A stretch of 8,668 nucleotides of DNA from Prasinococcaceae sp. CCMP 1430 (taxonomy: Eukaryota; Plantae; Prasinodermophyta), in contig RQSC01000784.1 of the NCBI GenBank assembly GCA_013416795.1, positions 1 to 8,668 of the forward strand. The letters run 5' to 3'. Within the stretch, counting starts at the first letter, position 1. Every line of letters begins with the position of its first letter. The position numbers and the translations under genes are program-made. The notes under the pieces were generated by a model. That model ran no database searches and was not told where the DNA came from. It saw only the letters and a list, made by a program, of their open reading frames with translations. Positions 1 to 5,398 of the stretch are shown piece by piece.

Positions 1-145
1 TCCCCGAGGCGAGGCCGCTGCGGCGGCGGCCGCGCCGCCGCCCCGCGTGGCTGTGCTCATGCGTTTGCGAACGAGCGGGCGGGCGTACGGGACTGGGAAG
101 ACGCCGCCCCGCGCACGCCCCACGTCCGACGGGCGAGGGGGAGGG

Positions 146-394
146 GTGTGTGCGAACGGGCGCGCTCGCGCATGTGTTTGAGTGCGCGCGCCCGCGCGCA
201 TGTGTGGGTGGTGAGCGCACGCGTGCGGTGTGCAGGCGGTGCGTGTGTGTGTGCGCGCGCGCGCGTGCGCGAACGCGAGGCACGCGTGTGTGCGTCGGGC
301 GTTGCGCGACGTGTGTATGCCCACATCGATATTGTACATGCGCGCGCTCACATGTGTCCCTCGCGCACGAACGCACGCACGCGCGCGCGCGAAG
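146..394 (+). other. Probable 3' part of a POLD3 intron, rich in alternating purine-pyrimidine (GT/GC/CA) simple sequence; 5' donor not identified
   Basis: Low-complexity GTGTGT/GCGCGC/GCACGCAC sequence translates to non-protein-like RARA/CVCA runs in all frames. It ends in ...gcgcgcgcgcgaAG (AG at 393-394; alternative AG at 399-400) exactly where sensible in-frame coding sequence (AKVEVPAPK) begins. Confidence 0.6.
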
Positions 395-1099
395 GCCAAG
401 GTGGAGGTCCCCGCCCCCAAGCAGGCCAAGGCCAAGGGCGTGCCCCTCGGCGGCTCCTTTGGCAAGTCGCGCATGGCGAGCATGTTCAAGAACGCACCGC
501 CCAAGAAGGAGGCGGCGCCGGCGCCCGCGGCGCCGCCGGCCGCCGAGAGCAGCGACGGCGAAGACGAGGACGAGGAGGAGGACGACGGCGTCCGCGTGCG
601 CGTGGCGCGCCCAGCGAGGAGGCGCGGCGCGCTCATCGACGACGACGACGACGCTGAGGAGGAGGAGCAGGTGGTGGAGGAGGAGGAGCCGCAGCGCGAC
701 GCAGCGCCGGCGGCAGATCCTTCGGCGCAGGAGCAGCAGGCGCAGGCGCAGGCGCAGGGGCAGCCCCACACCTCCCCGGGCAGCAAGCGCCCGCTTGAGC
801 AGGACGCGTCCCCGGCTGCTGCGCCCACTGCGAGGACGACCCGCACGAAGCGGCGCGCGGTGCAGCGCACCTTCTTCGACGATGAGGGCAACGAGGTCAC
901 CGAGACGGTGTGGGAGGAGGTGGAGGTCGCTGATGACGGCGAGGGCGAGGACAAGGACGGCGCCGCGCCCGCCACGGGGGCGCCCGCGGCGGCCAGGGCC
1001 GCGCCGGCGCCCGCCCCCGCTCCCGCCAAGCCCAAGCCCAAGCAGAAGGCCGCCGCCAAGGGCAACAAGAGCATCATGTCCTTCTTCGGCAAGAAGTAG
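395..1099 (+). CDS. POLD3: DNA polymerase delta subunit 3 (p66/Cdc27/Pol32 family), final exon (5'-partial)
   Basis: Frame of ORF 230..1099. Disordered acidic/Ala-Pro-Lys-rich protein with RRAVQRTFFDDEGNEVTETVWEEVEV (the Cdc27/p66 DPIM-type DxEGxxVT motif, about 851-925) and a terminal PIP-box-like KGNKSIMSFFGKK* (TAG 1097-1099). This motif pair at the C-terminus is characteristic of POLD3. Confidence 0.85.
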   Translation, partial: AKVEVPAPKQAKAKGVPLGGSFGKSRMASMFKNAPPKKEAAPAPAAPPAAESSDGEDEDEEEDDGVRVRVARPARRRGALIDDDDDAEEEEQVVEEEEPQRDAAPAADPSAQEQQAQAQAQGQPHTSPGSKRPLEQDASPAAAPTARTTRTKRRAVQRTFFDDEGNEVTETVWEEVEVADDGEGEDKDGAAPATGAPAAARAAPAPAPAPAKPKPKQKAAAKGNKSIMSFFGKK

Positions 1100-1168
1100 G
1101 CGTGGAGGATGCATCGCGTGCGCGTGGCCGTGCGTCTGTGCGCGTGCGTGCGCGCGCCTGCGATGCCG

Positions 1169-1173
1169 TGTAA
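1169..1173 (+). promoter_or_regulatory. Putative polyadenylation signal TGTAA for POLD3
   Basis: TGTAA 70 nt after the POLD3 stop. UGUAA is the established poly(A) signal in chlorophyte algae. A 5-mer can occur by chance. Confidence 0.4.
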
Positions 1174-1266
1174 GAGGAGCATGACATGATCTCCTGCGGC
1201 GAGCGGCAGGTGTGGAGGAGGTGTCGTGAACGCGTGGGCGTGCGTCTGTGCGCACGGCGGGCGCCC

Positions 1267-1293
1267 GGCGGCGGCGGCGGCGGCGGCGGCGGC
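1267..1293 (+). repeat. (GGC)9 microsatellite between convergent genes
   Basis: Nine consecutive GGC units read directly. Confidence 0.9.
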
Positions 1294-1405
1294 TGCAGGC
1301 GTAGTAAGCAGCTCAGAGGCAATTACGCACGCGTGCGGGCGCCCCGGTCGCTCCTGGGAGCATGACGCCTCCGGCAGGCCCTGCGTGGCGCGGCGCGGCG
1401 TCCGC

Positions 1406-2146
1406 TCACCGCGTGACGCTCTGCGGCCCGCCGGGCGCCTGGGGGCCCGGCCCGTCGATGCACGCGCTGCAGGCCACGAAGCGGCCGAATTCCCCCGCGC
1501 CGTAGCCGAAGTCCCGCATGGCCTTGGCGGTCGCCGCGCCGCTCTCGCTCAGCGGGAACGCGCCCGCCTCGCAGTCGGGGAACGTCGAGTGCATGTGCAG
1601 GCGCGCGATCTGCTTCATTAGGAATCTGCGGGCCCTGTCGTCCTCCACGCAGCAGTTGTCCAAGAGTTCGATCTCCAGCATGCCCAGGAGCGCCACGCCG
1701 TCCACCTCCTCCTGCTTGAACTCCTCCGCGTACTCCTCCAGGCCGATGCCGCGCAGCCACGCACCCACCTCCTTGATGCTCCAGCGCCCGACGGGGCCCT
1801 GCATGGCCTGGCTGTAGACGCTGCTGCCCTCCGCCTCCTCGGCCGACGTGGACCACCAGTCGACCTGCAGCTTGCCCAGCATGCGGTCCTCGAAGCAGCG
1901 CTGCACGAACTCCTTCACCTCGTCGCGCAGCGGCACGTACCGCGCGCCCTCATGGCGGCCCTGGCCGCTGTGCGGCAGCCCCTCGTCGGGCATGAGGCCG
2001 CCGCCGCGACGCTGCCAGCCGAGGCAGCTCCACTGCTTGGTGAGGTCCTTCGGCGGCAGCGGGCGCGGCTCGCTCGGCTGCCCGTCCACGCGCGCCCGCT
2101 GCTGCTGCTGCTGCCGCCCGCCGCCGCCGCTACTGTCCGCGTCCAT
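1406..2146 (-). CDS. SAM (sterile alpha motif) domain protein; the start may lie further upstream in the N gap
   Basis: ORF 1406..2167(-). Segment PVGRWSIKEVGAWLRGIGLEEYAEEFKQEEVDGVALLGMLEIELLDNCCVEDDRARRFLMKQIARL (about 1598-1795) matches the SAM consensus (WS.E.V..WL..IGL.EY...F...E.DG..LL). First ATG is at 2146, but the frame stays open to the gap at 2188. Confidence 0.8.
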   Translation of the reverse strand: MDADSSGGGGRQQQQQRARVDGQPSEPRPLPPKDLTKQWSCLGWQRRGGGLMPDEGLPHSGQGRHEGARYVPLRDEVKEFVQRCFEDRMLGKLQVDWWSTSAEEAEGSSVYSQAMQGPVGRWSIKEVGAWLRGIGLEEYAEEFKQEEVDGVALLGMLEIELLDNCCVEDDRARRFLMKQIARLHMHSTFPDCEAGAFPLSESGAATAKAMRDFGYGAGEFGRFVACSACIDGPGPQAPGGPQSVTR

Positions 2147-2187
2147 GCCGTCCGCCGCGGGGGTCACCCCCGCGGCGCTCCCGCGCG

Positions 2188-2597
2188 NNNNNNNNNNNNN
2201 NNNNNNNNNNNNNNNNNNNNNNNNNNNNNNNNNNNNNNNNNNNNNNNNNNNNNNNNNNNNNNNNNNNNNNNNNNNNNNNNNNNNNNNNNNNNNNNNNNNN
2301 NNNNNNNNNNNNNNNNNNNNNNNNNNNNNNNNNNNNNNNNNNNNNNNNNNNNNNNNNNNNNNNNNNNNNNNNNNNNNNNNNNNNNNNNNNNNNNNNNNNN
2401 NNNNNNNNNNNNNNNNNNNNNNNNNNNNNNNNNNNNNNNNNNNNNNNNNNNNNNNNNNNNNNNNNNNNNNNNNNNNNNNNNNNNNNNNNNNNNNNNNNNN
2501 NNNNNNNNNNNNNNNNNNNNNNNNNNNNNNNNNNNNNNNNNNNNNNNNNNNNNNNNNNNNNNNNNNNNNNNNNNNNNNNNNNNNNNNNNNNNNNNNN

Positions 2598-2598
<1 letters not shown>
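2188..2598. other. Assembly gap (411 N)
   Basis: Run of N; true length and content unknown. Confidence 0.99.

Positions 2599-2631
<33 letters not shown>
2599..2631 (+). repeat. Poly-A homopolymer (at least 33 A) abutting the gap
   Basis: Read directly; its left end is cut by the gap. Confidence 0.9.
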
Positions 2632-2633
<2 letters not shown>

Positions 2634-2643
2634 GGCCCACCGA

Positions 2644-2916
2644 ACGCACCGCAAAGTGCATCGCGATTTTATTTATTTTATTATTTAAATTTAAAATAAA
2701 AGTGCGCTCTCAGGTATGGTACCTAGGTACCTACCCTCACGCGGTCGCAAAAAAAAACAAAAAAAAACAAAAAAACTGTTAAAAAAAATGGCCAAAAAAC
2801 GCACTGCAAAGTGCATCGCGATTTTATTTATTTGATTATTTAATTAATTTTAAATAAAAGTGCGCTCCGAGGTACGCCTACGATCACGCGGGCGCCAAAA
2901 AACAAACAAAAAAAAC
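2644..2916. repeat. Two diverged tandem copies (155-bp period) of an AT-rich unit, each ending in an A-rich tract
   Basis: GCAAAGTGCATCGCGATTTTATTTATTT starts at both 2651 and 2806. Both copies continue ...AAATAAAAGTGCGCTC..AGGTA...CCTAC..TCACGCGG.CGC and then an A/C-A tract. Confidence 0.9.
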
Positions 2917-3143
2917 CGATTGGTTTAACGCAATCCACCCCCAAAAACATGGGATGGCGTCGACATGGTATCACGGATCCTGAAGAATCTTCTGGGCTCC
3001 CTCCTGGCGGGTCCTCTCATGACTTCTTACTGTACATTCATTCGTACATGTACTAAACGTACGCAGCGCTGAGATATGAGTCTGAAGGCGCGCGCCACAT
3101 GGCCGCGCCGCGCGCGCCGCCGCGCAGATTTTCATCTGCCGCC

Positions 3144-3350
3144 GCAGATTTTTTCCCGGCGCGCGCTTTCGCCGCGCGCGTTCCGCGAGGGCGCCGCGCG
3201 GGCGCGGGTGCGCGCGCACCTCCGCGGGGCGGACGCCGCGGCCGATTTCGGCCCGCGCGGCCGCGAATTCGCGCCGCGCGCGGCGCTGGGGGTGCCAAAC
3301 GGGGAGCGGGCCCGGATCGCGCGCGAAAGCGAAACGCGGGAGAAATGTGC
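3144..3350. repeat. Segment bounded by imperfect ~29-bp inverted repeats (MITE-like or fold-back relic)
   Basis: 3144-3172 GCAGATTTTTTCCCGGCGCGCGCTTTCGC versus the reverse complement of 3323-3350, GCACATTTCTCCCGCGTTTCGCTTTCGC. No target-site duplication found. Confidence 0.4.
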
Positions 3351-3652
3351 TCCCAATTGCGATCCGTGTGAATGTCACGGAATTATACATGTATTCAAAA
3401 GATCCTTAGATTATACATAAAACGCATGCACACCGCGCGGGTTTGAGGGATGAATTTGGGCGCTCCCCGGAGGAAAACGCGGCAGGCGCGTGCGGGAAAA
3501 TGGAAAAAGACCCCCCAAAAAAACGGCGGCGCGCGGGCCCCACGTCGCGCCGCTCCCCGACCCGAACCCGCACACCGCGAAAAACGCATGCAATTTGAGA
3601 ACACGAACAAACCCGCATGAGATGATACCCGAAAGGCGCGTCCGGCGAGCGC

Positions 3653-3702
3653 CGCGCGCGCAATCGATTGCGCGCGCGCGCGCGCGCGGGCGCGCGCGCG
3701 CG
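3653..3702. repeat. 26-bp perfect palindrome running into a (CG)n tract
   Basis: CGCGCGCGCAATCGATTGCGCGCGCG at 3653-3678 is self-complementary; (CG)9 occupies 3671-3688 and further CG repeats continue to 3702. Confidence 0.85.
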
Positions 3703-3944
3703 TTCGGCGTCCCAACCCAAACCCCGTGCGCAATTCGAAGTGATGTGTCATCATAGACCCGTTTATGGTGTGAACCTCAAAGGGGTGGCGCATGCTGTAC
3801 GCATAGGGATGTGCGGAGGGGGGGCCCGGGGGGGCACTCGGCGCGCCGCCGCCGCCACAGCGCGCGCGCAGGGGCACGGTCCCCTTCGCCTCAGAGCGGG
3901 GGTTGGGGGAGGGTGGTGGCGCGAGGCTGGTGCGCTGCGCGCGC

Positions 3945-4953
3945 CTCCGGGCACCATGAGCCTCTGGCCGGGCAACGCAACGAGGGCGGCGTCGCCGCGC
4001 GGGTGGGTCGAGCTCGCGTGCTGCTGCCACTGGGCGGCGCCCGGCGACAGCGAGAAGAGCGAGCCCTGGAAGGTGCTGTCGCTCTTGGCCCATGCGCCAG
4101 TCGAGTCGTAGTAGCCTCCGGTGGCCCAGACCTTGCCAGCCTTTCCGACGCAGCTGATGTCACCGCGCGGCTCGGGGAGCGAGGGCTCGGTAGCGAACGC
4201 GAGCGCGTCGCTCCCGCCGAGCGTCAGCGACTCGACCGTGTCGAGGGTGTCATAGATCTCGGAGAAGCCGCCGACGACGTAGGCCGTCTTGCCGACGGCA
4301 GCCACGCACAGATCCTGGCGCGCGGCCGCCATCGAGGGGCCGGCCGACCAGGTGCCCTCGGCCACGTCGAAGATGATGGCGTCGGCGTGCCCCGTTCCCT
4401 GGTCGGCCTGGAGACCGCCGGCCACCACGATGTGGCCGTCGCCGTGGTCGACGTAGGCGGCTCCCATGCGGTACCTGGCACCTCCCGGCATGTCCGGCAG
4501 CTGCGTCCACTCCTCGAGCAGCGTGTCGAAGCGCCACGCGCGCGCCTCGACTTCGTTGTCCGAGTTGAGCCCGCCGAACAGGTACACGTACTCTCCGGTG
4601 GGGTCGACGGTCATCGCGAAGTCCGACACGCGCAGCGGCATGCCGCCGGGGAGGGGCGTCCAGGAGCCGCTGCCGCGATACAGCAGCTGCCCCGCGGTGT
4701 CGGCGTGGGTGCTCAGCCGCGCGCCCTCGAGCGAGGAGATCCGCGAGGCCAGCCCCGCAGTGTCGGCGTCAGTGCCCTTCTCGAGCGAGTTGATCCGCGA
4801 GGCGAGCGTGCCGCACCACGCCAGCGCGCCGACGCACGCGCCCGATGCCCCGAGCAGCGCCGCCCACAGGATCGCGTTGCTCCCCGCGCGCTTCGCCGGC
4901 CCGGGCGCCGACTTGGAGCCGATGTCGATCGCCACCCCATCCGCGCTCGACAT
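3945..4953 (-). CDS. Kelch-repeat beta-propeller protein with N-terminal hydrophobic anchor (first exon; 3' end unresolved)
   Basis: Frame of ORF 3763..5040(-), ATG at 4953. It has a hydrophobic stretch AILWAALLGASGACVGALAWCGTL, then kelch repeats with GG doublets and W: VYLFGG..AWRFD..EEW, IVVAGG..IIFD..GTW, AYVVGG..VESL, VWATGG..LFSL..AQW, RLMVPGG. After MVPG the sequence becomes intron-like (GCGCGC..., low-complexity translation). Confidence 0.85.
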
Positions 4954-5398
4954 CNCCTCGTCGCGCGCGCGCGGCGGCGGCGCGCGCGCGCTCCCGCGAT
5001 CCGATCCGCAACACCATTCCGCAAATCCGCAAATCCGCATATGACCTCCTCAAATCAACCTTCCGTGGATTATTTACATTTCTTACATCGATTTTGACCA
5101 CACTCTTCCGACTCGAAATCTCATCCCGCGCGGATTGGATCCAACGGAATCGATTTCGCGCGGCGACCCGCACGCAAAAAGCACTTCCTGCGATCCGCCC
5201 GTCAATTCGCAGGTCGATGAAACCGATGGGGGGGCGCGAGGGGCTGACATTCGACGGCCTCGCCCGGCACGTCACTCCGCATTGCCACCGCGTACGCGCA
5301 TGAGGACCGACCTCGATGGGATAGTTGGGCCGCTATGCAGCACGAACCTGCGCCGCAGAAACGGCACAACGCACCTTTTCCCGAACCCCCGCCCGCTT

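Noticed and set aside
148-1184. Overlapping ORFs 148..657, 150..1184 and 57..326 with Arg/Ala-rich translations
   Set aside because: Alternative frames of the POLD3 exon and of simple-repeat intron DNA; not protein-like.
1848-2782. ORFs spanning the N gap and poly-A (poly-X, poly-K, poly-F)
   Set aside because: Artefacts of translating through unknown bases and a homopolymer.
2644-2916. Possible CRISPR-like repeat-spacer array
   Set aside because: Only two long diverged copies, with no short identical repeats separated by unique spacers, no cas genes and a eukaryotic context.
3257-3270. GCGGCCGCGAATTC, identical to a NotI-EcoRI cloning adaptor and overlapping the Drew-Dickerson dodecamer CGCGAATTCGCG
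   Set aside because: Embedded in GC-rich palindromic sequence with no flanking vector sequence or junction; most likely chance.
3711-3725. CCCAACCCAAACCCC, resembling a telomeric repeat
   Set aside because: Only two or three degenerate units that do not match a regular TTTAGGG/TTAGGG array.
3773-3782. AACCTCAAAG shared with 5759-5768, possibly linking the two non-coding islands as ends of one element
   Set aside because: A single 10-mer match with no extended homology, TSD or inverted orientation; compatible with chance.
3811-5097. Long antisense ORF (428 aa, +) over the kelch gene, and the similar ORF 5995..7308(-) over the lipase
   Set aside because: Shadow ORFs expected from strong GC codon bias (few stops on the opposite strand). 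The translations have no recognisable motifs, while the opposite strand has clear family signatures.
5040-5398. Possible tRNA, snoRNA or snRNA in the intergenic region
   Set aside because: No cloverleaf or A/B boxes, no properly spaced canonical C/D boxes and no Sm site or recognisable snRNA sequence.
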